Source of the DNA: a virus
Reading direction: 5' to 3' (one strand)
IMG/VR virus record: IMGVR_UViG_3300010149_000001
Span: 17,677-81,676 of that record
DNA length: 64,000 nucleotides
The translations under genes and the position numbers were made by a program. This document shows, in pieces, positions 31,201 through 39,568 of the stretch; position 1 is the stretch's first letter; each line of letters opens with the position of its first letter. The notes beneath the pieces are model-generated. The model was not told the DNA's origin. It worked only from the letters and a program-made list of their open reading frames with translations, and made no database searches.

Positions 31201-31331
31201 GGGGTCGCAACGAGAGATTCCTCACCTTCGACAAGGACACACCAGCATGGACAGCCGCCATGCTCTGGGGAGGTCGTGCTGGACTATCGTGGTCAAACAA
31301 ACTCCAGAGAGCGTTGGAGGCAGACGAATGA
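28296..31331 (+). CDS. Portal protein fused to a Mu gpF/SPP1 gp7-like head morphogenesis domain and extra C-terminal domains
   Basis: HK97-like portal motifs (LCLFGDAY, YGTSPL, ICAVFGIPPMKLG, GVISINEAR); RIARTET and PAHPNCRC. Confidence 0.9.
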   Translation: MAERKRTFADRLLGRNRSASPADVQRLTKLINDQHQPEMDWDGKALASMSKIGQATSASKGKTGSGGTQTQVSYNLLRDISLKSEVVNAILRRCVDDILGNGYSFILAEGKESGDTAQLQKLKDFFKNPNPDDNGNEWMESLIYDLCLFGDAYLELDGSDDTNTDGKGQSWTYGGELASVWPIPAEQMTLLAGNRRPEPPEMAYMQKLNGETRKFSKDKVIHISKFKHGRAYGTSPLIPLLNVIAGHLNLSNYLNELYTGTLPKTILNVGDISNAEMKAMLALLEQQLTGGKSPFGLVAVNGGTGFNMHRILDSTREGAQLDLLYYYREEICAVFGIPPMKLGWVQTGKMSNPESQLEAWYDVIESYHKRVEAVLNNRLLPLFEITDWEFKFTTIRPSRDKEIAETRKAEANAISNLRQEGVISINEARSMLGFERLSEPEADDPMFLSPKLAINKGKVESGVETEMSIPSLADLFPSPESPSDEGKGAGEHPDWLDEIPLVELSDDIRTDMLQTRMKNSDEFEEIIAESEAVLKAVFEEGQESFASAVIKELNEMFSAGDEAVEIPDIDLDIPVKSYVRKATISLDDIELAVGAVDANIGLAIESQVASAELTLVGAYEASLATTLAPTGISAALMSDDIAAIAFWRSRWVLPALRRTLGSHRANIIDTFERMVSDGESWRWARAEMRSLIDPSGKRYPAYYYDRIARTETRRVVENSHISGMRRAGFQHVQRLVVVDDTTDRDLCAPYEDAVYPIAESKSVIPAHPNCRCTFVAYEGTPETVVPSDQILTPVIEFNMNVVNKAVSSAVRDGLATKAKEHNEKVKNAKTKKTSTRTLIAVFERGVGAYNTNPSSVRPSVSSPEQWAYARVNSFLYCLRNGRYRSGKHDTDLLPKGHPQSTKSVSKRALTRKDLTPPAGVKKACATGIKLFEDGYGGSGLEATTIREARSIVRGTPITVAKARKMIRWWGRNERFLTFDKDTPAWTAAMLWGGRAGLSWSNKLQRALEADE

Positions 31332-31738
31332 GCATGACCAACAACAACGCTCAGACTCGTGCCAATCTCATCAAGGCCAGAGCCGCATTCACACTCATGA
31401 AGAATGAAATGGTGCATACAACGACACCAAAGAACTTGGACACCATCGCTCAGAGAATCCTCACAGATGCCAAGAGGAATGCACCCGTCAGAACAGGTGC
31501 GCTCAGAGCGTCTGGCCGTGTGAAGCGAGTTAATCAGTTCAGACGCAGAGTTCAATTCGGCGGTGCTGGAACAGGTGTTGACTATGCACAGGCTGTTGAG
31601 TTTGGAACAATCAACACCAGACCCAGACCATACCTTGAACCAGCGGTGATTAAGAATATCAAAAAGACTCCAGCAATTGTCAGACCATCCATTAGAAAGT
31701 GGTTGACTAAACTTGTTCTGCTGGGTTCATCGGATTGA
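31328..31738 (+). CDS. HK97 gp10-like head-tail/neck protein
   Basis: AKRNAPVRTGALRAS, YAQAVEFGT, RPYLEPA. Confidence 0.85.
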   Translation: MSMTNNNAQTRANLIKARAAFTLMKNEMVHTTTPKNLDTIAQRILTDAKRNAPVRTGALRASGRVKRVNQFRRRVQFGGAGTGVDYAQAVEFGTINTRPRPYLEPAVIKNIKKTPAIVRPSIRKWLTKLVLLGSSD

Positions 31739-31743
31739 TGAAT

Positions 31744-31929
31744 GGAATATGAGTGCCGACTATGGGATTGACCCTCGCCACCGACCTCTCGATGGTGAGT
31801 CATTAACTGTCTGGGGGCAAGAACCCCATAGTCGGACAGGTTGCACAGTTTTCTCCTTCTGCTCGATTGCCCGACCCGCCCTTTTGGGGCGAAGGGTTCT
31901 TCCAGAGTATGCTCGACTGTGCGGCGGGC
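31744..31929 (-). ncRNA. Candidate small RNA B (~185 nt)
   Basis: Early-type promoter on the minus strand (31951-31990) with no ATG at +29; 7-bp and 11-bp perfect stems; G-U pairs favour the minus strand. Confidence 0.6.
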
Positions 31930-32032
31930 AAACCAGACGAGTCGCTACCCATATATCAATGTATCGTCAATATCAATGCTTTTTGCCCTCATATCACCAA
32001 TGTTAAAACCCGCCAAAGTCAACCAGATGGAT

Positions 32033-33565
32033 ATGCGAGCCGTATTGGTTGATGGAGATGACTACACTCAACGCTCTGGTGAGAGCAAAGAAGTCCAAAT
32101 CAAACTTGAGGCTCAGATGCCATTCATCTTGGACAAATCATTCCAGAAGGATGCAGAGTCAGACTATGAATATGAGATTGGCGACGATGATGTTGTCATT
32201 CGTGGACCCGTCTATGTTGGGAACTCAGATATGCTTGACCGACATAACGAACTCGTTGCGCCAGATGCGCTCATCAAATCATGGGGAGACTATCAGAAGA
32301 ATCCCGTCATCCTATACAACCACTCTAAGACATACGGTGTCATCGGCAGAATGCTCGATGTCGAGATGGGAACTTGGGATGGCATCAAAGGTGAAGTTCC
32401 AATCGGCAGAGCCGTGATTGACGGTGGCGAAAAGGATATTGTCAGAAAAATACGCAAGGGATTCCTCAGAGCATTCAGTATTGGTTTCATCGCTAAGGCG
32501 GCAATCAAGGAATGCAAAGACGATGAGACATGCTACATGACCTTCACAGAGGTTGATTGGCTTGAGACCAGCGTGGTTGATGTGCCAGCATCGCCCAACG
32601 CACTATTCAATGTTCAGAAGCATGTGCTTGGATATGAGGACATGGGTGAATCAATCGCTATCCTCTTTGAGAAGATGCCAATGGAATCACCATCAGAAGA
32701 ACCCCCTGCTGGTGGAGATATGGAATCGCCTGTTGAAGAATCGGCGGATTCTGGCTGTGGATGCAAATCACATATCGAGTCCGATACTCCAGAAACTGTT
32801 AGCGGCTTCGATTCTGAAATTGACTCGTTGAAGGCTCAAATTGCTGAGATGAAAGAACTACTGCTCGCAAGTCTGACACCTTCTGAGTCCCAAAAGTCCG
32901 AATCTGAAAATACCGATTCACTTAATACCCCCATTGACAAAGGCATTGGACAACAGGTGAACCAAATGACAGACGATACACTCATTGACACTCCAGAAGA
33001 AGAGGTCATCGTTGCCTCAGAGGAACTTGAAGTTCCCACAGAAGAACTATCCATTAAGACAGAGGCTGTTGAAGAAGCAGAAGAAGTCGTTGAAGAAGCC
33101 GCAGAAGAAGTGGCAGAAGAAGAACTCCCAGAAGAAGTCGTTGAAGAAGTCGCAGAAGCAACAGAAGAAGAATCTGCTGGCGAACCAACAACCACAGAAG
33201 TCATGATTGAAGTCGTTAAGGCATTAGCAAATGTCGAAGCACGACTTTCAACCATTGAAGGACACATTAAATCAAGTGAGGACATTGACACACTCAAGTC
33301 TGAACTTGCATCCATGAAGGCTGAGAAGGAAGCCGCAGAAGCAGAAGCAAGCATTGAGGCAGAAGTCGCCAAGCGTGTTGCAGACCTTGTTGGGACAACC
33401 CCAGAGGTCAAGACTGTTGAAGCATCTCCAAAGAGCCTCGCATCCACAGGAACAGAAGTTAAGAAAGCAAACCACACCCGCCACGACCCAACACCAACGG
33501 TCAGCAACGGTATGAATGGTCTGGCTGGATGGCTTGAAGTTCAAATCGCCAAGCGAGGTGCTTGA
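32033..33565 (+). CDS. Prohead protease (HK97-type) fused to an acidic scaffold domain
   Basis: NPVILYNH, AFSIGF, ETSVVDVPASP; Glu-rich coiled-coil C-terminal half; TTAAAACCC box 30 nt upstream. Confidence 0.9.
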   Translation: MRAVLVDGDDYTQRSGESKEVQIKLEAQMPFILDKSFQKDAESDYEYEIGDDDVVIRGPVYVGNSDMLDRHNELVAPDALIKSWGDYQKNPVILYNHSKTYGVIGRMLDVEMGTWDGIKGEVPIGRAVIDGGEKDIVRKIRKGFLRAFSIGFIAKAAIKECKDDETCYMTFTEVDWLETSVVDVPASPNALFNVQKHVLGYEDMGESIAILFEKMPMESPSEEPPAGGDMESPVEESADSGCGCKSHIESDTPETVSGFDSEIDSLKAQIAEMKELLLASLTPSESQKSESENTDSLNTPIDKGIGQQVNQMTDDTLIDTPEEEVIVASEELEVPTEELSIKTEAVEEAEEVVEEAAEEVAEEELPEEVVEEVAEATEEESAGEPTTTEVMIEVVKALANVEARLSTIEGHIKSSEDIDTLKSELASMKAEKEAAEAEASIEAEVAKRVADLVGTTPEVKTVEASPKSLASTGTEVKKANHTRHDPTPTVSNGMNGLAGWLEVQIAKRGA

Positions 33566-33618
33566 GCGAATCTATCAGATTCCCAAAAGGAAAAAACAAA
33601 AAAACAAAGGTGAGATAA

Positions 33619-34695
33619 ATGAGTGAAGAAATCCAATTTAACGACATGGTTCAACGAGTGAAAGACGCATTAGCAGGGCAAACCGATGGTGGCTCTCAAA
33701 TGTTCCCAACAGAGACTTCTGATGAAATTATTCAGATTGTCTATGAGAGGAACTTCATGCGTTCTTTGTTCTCTGCTTTGCCAATGGCGACCAGAACTAT
33801 CAAAGTGCCAAAACTTTCAACATCTGTCGGATTCCACCGTCAGACTCTTGCTTCAACACAGGCTGGAACTGCGGCTGATGAATCCACTCAAGGAACAGCA
33901 GAGATTGACTTGACCTTGACCACCATGATTGCCAACATTCCAATCGGAAACTATCTGATTGCATACGGTGTCGAAGGATTGCTGACTGTGCTTCGTGATG
34001 ACATCGCTTCTCGCTTGGCCTTCAATGAAGAATCACTCTTCATCAACGGAGACAAGCAAGCCACTCTTGCTGACAACATCAACGGTGCGTATGCAAACCC
34101 AGCAAACTTGTCTGGAATCAACGCAACCGCAGGTGCATCTCAGAACGACTACTTGCTATCTCAGAACGGACTTCGCAAACTTGCTGGAACATCTGTCTCT
34201 GTCTCTGGAACTTTTGCTCTGAGCCACCTTCGCTCGGCAATCAACCAATTGGGAGTTCACGCTGACAACCGTGATGAACTATCATTGATTGTTCCTCGCA
34301 ACCTTGAAGTTCAATTGATGGGCTTCACAGAACTTCAAACTGTTGACAAATACGGTGCTGGTGCAACCATCCTCTCTGGAGAACTTGGTCGTATCTATGG
34401 AATCCGTGTCTTTGCCACAGGAACAATCCCAACCAACCTAAATTGGACAGGACTTTACGAACTTGGCAAGACTGTCAACGGCTCTGCGGCAATCGCTGAC
34501 AAGACCGTTGCTCTTTTGGTCAACAACCGTTCACCTCTGATTGGCAACCCAACAGATGCTGACCGCAGATTCAACATGGGCTTCCTTGATGAGCCAACCA
34601 AAGACCGTTTCGTCTTAATCCCTCGTCAAGACATCGCTTTCAATGTGCGATACACAGAGGCTGTTTGTCTGCTTCACGGTATCGCAACCGTCTGA
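33619..34695 (+). CDS. Major capsid protein (HK97 fold)
   Basis: Follows protease/scaffold; EESLFINGD, GRIYGIRV; AGGTGA SD. Confidence 0.9.
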   Translation: MSEEIQFNDMVQRVKDALAGQTDGGSQMFPTETSDEIIQIVYERNFMRSLFSALPMATRTIKVPKLSTSVGFHRQTLASTQAGTAADESTQGTAEIDLTLTTMIANIPIGNYLIAYGVEGLLTVLRDDIASRLAFNEESLFINGDKQATLADNINGAYANPANLSGINATAGASQNDYLLSQNGLRKLAGTSVSVSGTFALSHLRSAINQLGVHADNRDELSLIVPRNLEVQLMGFTELQTVDKYGAGATILSGELGRIYGIRVFATGTIPTNLNWTGLYELGKTVNGSAAIADKTVALLVNNRSPLIGNPTDADRRFNMGFLDEPTKDRFVLIPRQDIAFNVRYTEAVCLLHGIATV

Positions 34696-34705
34696 GACTG
34701 ATTGA

Positions 34706-34757
34706 AGTCGCCTTGACCGATACGGCATAGCGTGAGCCATCCCTAATCGGGGCGACT
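34706..34757 (+). terminator. Stem-loop after MCP
   Basis: AGTCGCCTTGA/TCGGGGCGACT, 11-bp stem with G-U pairs. Confidence 0.5.
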
Positions 34758-34789
34758 CCGTGATAAACCGTCGAGGATAAGGTGAATGT

Positions 34790-35443
34790 ATGACAGCAAC
34801 AGACTATTGCACTCTGGCTGAGGTTGAGGCTTATGCTGGCGTTGACTTTTCTGATGGAATGGGTCCGACGGACACTCAAATCGGGACAATGATAACGACA
34901 GCATCCAGACTCATGGATGCTTATGCTGGAGTTCAATTCGCTGGGACTGAGAGTCATACAGAATACTTTGACACAGCATTCGGTCTGGCTTTCCTCACCC
35001 TTAGTCGGCGGCCTGTCGTGTCAATCTCAAGTGTTCATTCAGTCTCGCCCAGCGGGGTTGAAACCCTCTTGTCTGATGGCCGTGTCGCCAACGATGACGA
35101 CTATTATCTCCACGACCCAGATGCAGGGATTATTCGATTCCACTATGCCTTTCAAGAGGCACAGGGGTCAAGACTCAAGGTTGTCTATTCCTATGGGGCA
35201 TCTGAGCCTCCAGCAGATGTGAAGATGGCTACAATCCTCCATGTCGTGAGGTCAGCCGCACGAGCCGCCATGAATGATGAGAATTGCATGGATAGGGTCA
35301 AAGAGTTCTGGAAAAGTCTCATGTCTGATTCCAAACAAGAATATGAGGACTTGCTTGTTCAAGTCAAGTCCCATAAACTCGTGGCTGTTGCTTCTTGGGG
35401 TCAATACAAAATGCCATCCTCATTCTATTATCGGGGGTATTGA
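34790..35443 (+). CDS. Head-tail adaptor/connector
   Basis: YCTLAEV, ASRLMDAYAG, VVYSYG...PADVKMA; position after MCP. Confidence 0.8.
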   Translation: MTATDYCTLAEVEAYAGVDFSDGMGPTDTQIGTMITTASRLMDAYAGVQFAGTESHTEYFDTAFGLAFLTLSRRPVVSISSVHSVSPSGVETLLSDGRVANDDDYYLHDPDAGIIRFHYAFQEAQGSRLKVVYSYGASEPPADVKMATILHVVRSAARAAMNDENCMDRVKEFWKSLMSDSKQEYEDLLVQVKSHKLVAVASWGQYKMPSSFYYRGY

Positions 35444-35445
35444 AC

Positions 35446-35958
35446 TTGGCAATCTCTGACAGGGGAACTCCAACAATTGACCCTCACACCACAATCAAGA
35501 ACTTTATCGAGACCAATATGGATTCACCAGATGGAATCTGGAATCCTGTCGTCAACGCAGAATGGCTTGAGTTCAAGAAACAAAAGACATATCAGATTTG
35601 CATCACGCCCGTCTATGGCGAATCAGACGAAGCAGAACTGAATGGAATCTCTGGTCAAACTCAAATCAAGAGAATCAACACCCTGTATTTGAAAATCACA
35701 CTTTTCGCCCCAACACGGTTAAAACTGTGGGGTATGGTGCAGAAGTTCATGCTTGTTATGAACAACGGGACTCTATGCTATCCCTCAGCGGGTTTGGAGG
35801 CATCCACAGGCAACGGCTATCAATATGTCAGACTCGCAAGGTCTGATGAGACCAAAGAGGTCAAGGGCTATGAGCCAGAATGCGGACCCGAAGGTTCTGC
35901 TGACAAATGCGTTGGATTCAGAAACGACTATACAATTGAAGTGAGGTTTGACGAATGA
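35446..35958 (+). CDS. Putative tail terminator/neck protein
   Basis: Position and size only; TTG start inferred. Confidence 0.5.
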   Translation: MAISDRGTPTIDPHTTIKNFIETNMDSPDGIWNPVVNAEWLEFKKQKTYQICITPVYGESDEAELNGISGQTQIKRINTLYLKITLFAPTRLKLWGMVQKFMLVMNNGTLCYPSAGLEASTGNGYQYVRLARSDETKEVKGYEPECGPEGSADKCVGFRNDYTIEVRFDE

Positions 35959-36143
35959 CATCGGTATGTGGCAGAGATGCTGGAGTGAAGAAAAGAAAGA
36001 CCTGCGAGTTTGATGGATGCAAGGCTCAATTGACAGACCCAACCAAACACCTCTGCTCGATTCATGCCAGACCAGAATCCACATCTCGTCAATTCAACGA
36101 GTGGTTGGACATGCTCTCAAAAGAGAACAAAGAAACATTGTGA
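35955..36143 (+). CDS. Small Cys-rich protein
   Basis: CEFDGC...LCSIH; ATGA overlap. Confidence 0.55.
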   Translation: MTSVCGRDAGVKKRKTCEFDGCKAQLTDPTKHLCSIHARPESTSRQFNEWLDMLSKENKETL

Positions 36144-36184
36144 TTGTGAAAACATTGATAAGGGCAAACCTCTTGGCTCTGGAT

Positions 36185-36424
36185 ATGCGACCAGAAACAG
36201 CACAACGCCGACTGACGAAAAGAGCCAACGACTTCTTGGGAATATCCTTTGAAGCATATCTCGCTGACTTCACCCATCTGAAAGAATTGCCAAATGGCGA
36301 ACAATACCTCTGGTTGAATGACAACGCTACTATGCAAAAGACATTCGCTGTCTGGCTCGCCCAGAAAAACAACGAAGCATCATTGACCGCTTGGCATATT
36401 GGGTTTGCGCCCTTGAAAAAGTGA
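36185..36424 (+). CDS. Hypothetical protein (early-type cassette)
   Basis: ACATTGATAAGGG box upstream. Confidence 0.65.
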   Translation: MRPETAQRRLTKRANDFLGISFEAYLADFTHLKELPNGEQYLWLNDNATMQKTFAVWLAQKNNEASLTAWHIGFAPLKK

Positions 36425-36500
36425 TTCAAATGGATTGGAATGTGGATTGGGATTCATCCCAAACTCAACCAGATTGGGTTGATGAAGTGGAGTGGTCAGA

Positions 36501-36752
36501 ATGAACATGGCATCTGTGAAGAAAGGGCTTGAAGCGAAGGGAATCAGAGATGAAGTTTTCACGCTGGAATCTGGCGGCACAGCCATCGTTTATTCGGTGT
36601 ATGGATTGCTTGAAAAACTCCATGCTGAGTCAGATGCAGAGCATTTTTCTGTTCTGGGCGAGACCATATCTCATCCAGACATCGAACCCAAGCATGTCCG
36701 AGCGATATTCATTGACATAGCCAAAGCATTGGCAGACTTCGACCAGAACTGA
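36501..36752 (+). CDS. Hypothetical protein
   Basis: GGAGTGG upstream; short ORF. Confidence 0.55.
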   Translation: MNMASVKKGLEAKGIRDEVFTLESGGTAIVYSVYGLLEKLHAESDAEHFSVLGETISHPDIEPKHVRAIFIDIAKALADFDQN

Positions 36753-36782
36753 CATAAAGCGGCTGGGCGTTGATTCTGTTCA

Positions 36783-37481
36783 ATGCCTTACAAAGACCCT
36801 GTAAAGCGCAAGCAATACAACAGCGACTATCATAAGAAGTGGTATCACAGGAACAAGTCTCAGAGGGTCGCACAGGTCAAGCAACGCAAGAAGCAGATTC
36901 GTGAGTGGATGCGCCAGATGAAAGAAGGCATGGCATGTTCCAAGTGTGGCTTGTCTGGCATGGAGAATGCTTGGGCTTTAGAGTTCCATCATAAGAACCA
37001 CGAGGACAAGGACACCATCGTGTCGAGTCTGGTCTCTGCTGGCTCAAGCAAGAAGCGCATCCTTGAAGAGATTGCCAAGTGCGAAGTCATCTGCTCAAAC
37101 TGCCATCGCAAGGAACATTATCTGGAACATCGCAAGGCACTTGAGACAGGCCAAGATTCCATCTGGATTGCCGCTGGCAAGGCTGGTGCAGACAACCAGA
37201 TGTTTGCCAATGACTTGATGACATCATCCAAGCGAAGGCGGCGCAAGAGGCGCAAGCAACGAAGCCAGAATCAGAAGTCGGGTCCAGATATGCAGGTTCA
37301 TGATGACCTCGACACATTCACCAGAAAATTGGAACAAGGCGCAACGCTGACCAGCAAAGAAGTCAAGAGAATGAAAGGTTTGATTCTGAGGCTCAGAAAA
37401 GGTGAGCAGATGGAGGGTGAGATTGAAGAGTTCATGGATATTGAACCCGATACCGACATAAACCCAGAATCAGAATCGTGA
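36783..37481 (+). CDS. HNH endonuclease-like protein
   Basis: CSKCG...LEFHH...KCEVICSNCHRKEH. Confidence 0.85.
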   Translation: MPYKDPVKRKQYNSDYHKKWYHRNKSQRVAQVKQRKKQIREWMRQMKEGMACSKCGLSGMENAWALEFHHKNHEDKDTIVSSLVSAGSSKKRILEEIAKCEVICSNCHRKEHYLEHRKALETGQDSIWIAAGKAGADNQMFANDLMTSSKRRRRKRRKQRSQNQKSGPDMQVHDDLDTFTRKLEQGATLTSKEVKRMKGLILRLRKGEQMEGEIEEFMDIEPDTDINPESES

Positions 37482-37484
37482 GAC

Positions 37485-38681
37485 ATGGGCAGAATATCTG
37501 GTGCGAACTCTCTGATGAGATTTGCCAGAACCATTCCCCAATGGCAGAATGCAACCAGACGAGTCTGGAATCCAGCATCAATATCGTGGAAACCACTCGC
37601 AACCACAGGTTCTGATTCGTTTCTAATGGGTCAAAGCGGCGTTGATGTAGTATTCCCAAATGTGTCATCTGGCATCGAATACACCATCTCATTCTGGATT
37701 AAGCCCAGAGCAATCACAGGTGCAAAAGGACTGATGCAATTAGAAAATGCCGCTGGAGTTCCTCAAGTATCTCTGACCATGAACGGTTCTGGAATTGACA
37801 TGATGTGGGACAACGACCCAGCGACAGTCGTGAGTTCAACGGGTCTTATTAGCCTCAATACATGGAATCACATTCTGTTCCAGAACTATGACAACGGATG
37901 GAACATCATGGTCAACGGCACAGACCAATCTGGGTTTCTGACCGCTGGCTGTCCAGACTTCTCTCTGATAACTCAATGGAGAGTCGGCAGAGGAACTGAT
38001 GGAACTCTCGCAACCGAATCCTTTGATGGATTGATGTCAGACATCATGGTTGCTCAAGCATATCCAAATTATACCCATAGAACGGTGCTATACAACGACG
38101 GTGCGGCCTTCAACATGGCTCAGACGGCCACAGCCCCTGTCAACCCTCTAAACGGCTCTATGACCTTCTTATGCGATGGAACAGACACAGGAACTCCATC
38201 ATATCTGGGAATGTCCAGAATGGCATCTGTCAACCTCAGTCCACAGATTCAGACAGCGGCGTTTTTCGCTTGGACAGGAAACCTTCTCAACACTCCAGAT
38301 TTAGATACAGCGAGCAGACCAGCGGCATCTGGAACAACATACAGTCGTCTGGCACAGATGGCTCAAGGATGGTGCAATAACCTGCCCAGAGACACCATAC
38401 AAGGCACGACATTCGCCCCAATGCCCACAGGTGAGACAATCCCAAGAGATGCCCCTGCGCTTGGCGCATGGCCGTTTTCTGGATATGGAGTCAAGACGGG
38501 TGCTTCATCATTCGTGGGTCTGGTGGATGCACCAGACGCAACACCCGAATTAACGGTGCAGGGAGACCTCTCAGAGCCAGCAACGGTATTGAACCCTGTG
38601 GTGGGTGCTGGAACTCTCCAACACGCTCTGGACACACGCAGAGTGCGATTCCTCAGACCGACCTTTGCCAAGAAGGTCTGA
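37485..38681 (+). CDS. LamG/concanavalin A-like domain protein (virion decoration or adhesion)
   Basis: YTISFWIKP, NTWNHI, FDGLMSDI, LYN motifs. Confidence 0.8.
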   Translation: MGRISGANSLMRFARTIPQWQNATRRVWNPASISWKPLATTGSDSFLMGQSGVDVVFPNVSSGIEYTISFWIKPRAITGAKGLMQLENAAGVPQVSLTMNGSGIDMMWDNDPATVVSSTGLISLNTWNHILFQNYDNGWNIMVNGTDQSGFLTAGCPDFSLITQWRVGRGTDGTLATESFDGLMSDIMVAQAYPNYTHRTVLYNDGAAFNMAQTATAPVNPLNGSMTFLCDGTDTGTPSYLGMSRMASVNLSPQIQTAAFFAWTGNLLNTPDLDTASRPAASGTTYSRLAQMAQGWCNNLPRDTIQGTTFAPMPTGETIPRDAPALGAWPFSGYGVKTGASSFVGLVDAPDATPELTVQGDLSEPATVLNPVVGAGTLQHALDTRRVRFLRPTFAKKV

Positions 38682-38683
38682 AC

Positions 38684-38944
38684 TCACTCTTGATGCCAAG
38701 AAGTCTCTTCGCCTTCATACTCAAGGCCGAATCCATATCCAGCCCATGTTGCGACTTCTGAGTGTCCAGACAGATAACTCCAATGAGTGTAAATGTCAGA
38801 CTCGCTGTGCATAGTCATTGTTGCTCGCTCATAGATGCGGTTGTCGTTTTCATCTCTGTCTCCATAGTATCTATGATAGACAAATGTGATGTCCTCGCCT
38901 TCTGTGTAGTTCCATTCTGCTGGTATAAATGTCATTCTTTTCAT
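38684..38944 (-). CDS. Hypothetical protein
   Basis: AAGGAG SD; second gene of a minus-strand cassette. Confidence 0.7.
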   Translation of the reverse strand: MKRMTFIPAEWNYTEGEDITFVYHRYYGDRDENDNRIYERATMTMHSESDIYTHWSYLSGHSEVATWAGYGFGLEYEGEETSWHQE

Positions 38945-38974
38945 CTCCTTATTCGTTTGTTTTTCCTGTTGGAA

Positions 38975-39301
38975 TCAGTTAATTTTGTTGCCATCCATGT
39001 CAAAGACATCACGGCCACCTTCGCCACCACGCATTCGGATAACGGTGAATCGGTCATCGCCAGAGATTGAAACCCAAGCGAATGTGCGAGGTTCTGTGAT
39101 TAAGTATTCTGAACCTGTGCATCCTGTGATAACTTCTTTGACTTGAGTTTCAACGACTGTCATCTCCATGCTGATTGCTTTGGATTCCTCGATGCAGATA
39201 AACATCTCAGCGGTGCTTGCATCCGTAGCGGTGTTGTGAAAATACACTTCATGGATTTTGTCAGTCTCAGTCTCTTTGACTTGGTATGGGTATTGGCTCA
39301 T
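38975..39301 (-). CDS. Hypothetical protein (early-type cassette)
   Basis: Full promoter element at 39324-39362 on the minus strand. Confidence 0.7.
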   Translation of the reverse strand: MSQYPYQVKETETDKIHEVYFHNTATDASTAEMFICIEESKAISMEMTVVETQVKEVITGCTGSEYLITEPRTFAWVSISGDDRFTVIRMRGGEGGRDVFDMDGNKIN

Positions 39302-39393
39302 ATCCCTGCGTGTGCATACCACTATATCAATGCGTCGGCCATATCAATGGTTTTGTTCTTAAAATGAGCAAGTTTTGGTTCGCCAGAAAGGGT

Positions 39394-39490
39394 GGGACAT
39401 GGTGGTTATGGCGGCATATACAAACCGACTGACAGCCCACCATGCCCCGATGTTGGATGCCCAATCCAACAAGGAGGTTTAGCCGTCAGC
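39394..39490 (-). ncRNA. Candidate ~100-nt pseudoknotted small RNA
   Basis: TGATAAACC box 29 nt upstream; crossing 9-bp and 12-bp helices; 8-bp hairpin; G-U pairs on the minus strand only. Confidence 0.55.
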
Positions 39491-39568
39491 AATTATCAGA
39501 CTCCAGAGTCGGTTTATCAGCGTATTCACGCCAATACCGTTAAAACCCCTCACGGATGACCAAGACCC

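Noticed and set aside
31841-32032. N-terminal extension of the protease ORF from TTG 31841
   Set aside because: It overlaps RNA B and its promoter; the TTAAAACCC box supports ATG 32033.
39394-39490. HDV-like ribozyme
   Set aside because: Lacks the P3/L3 and P1.1 elements; kept only as an unknown pseudoknot.
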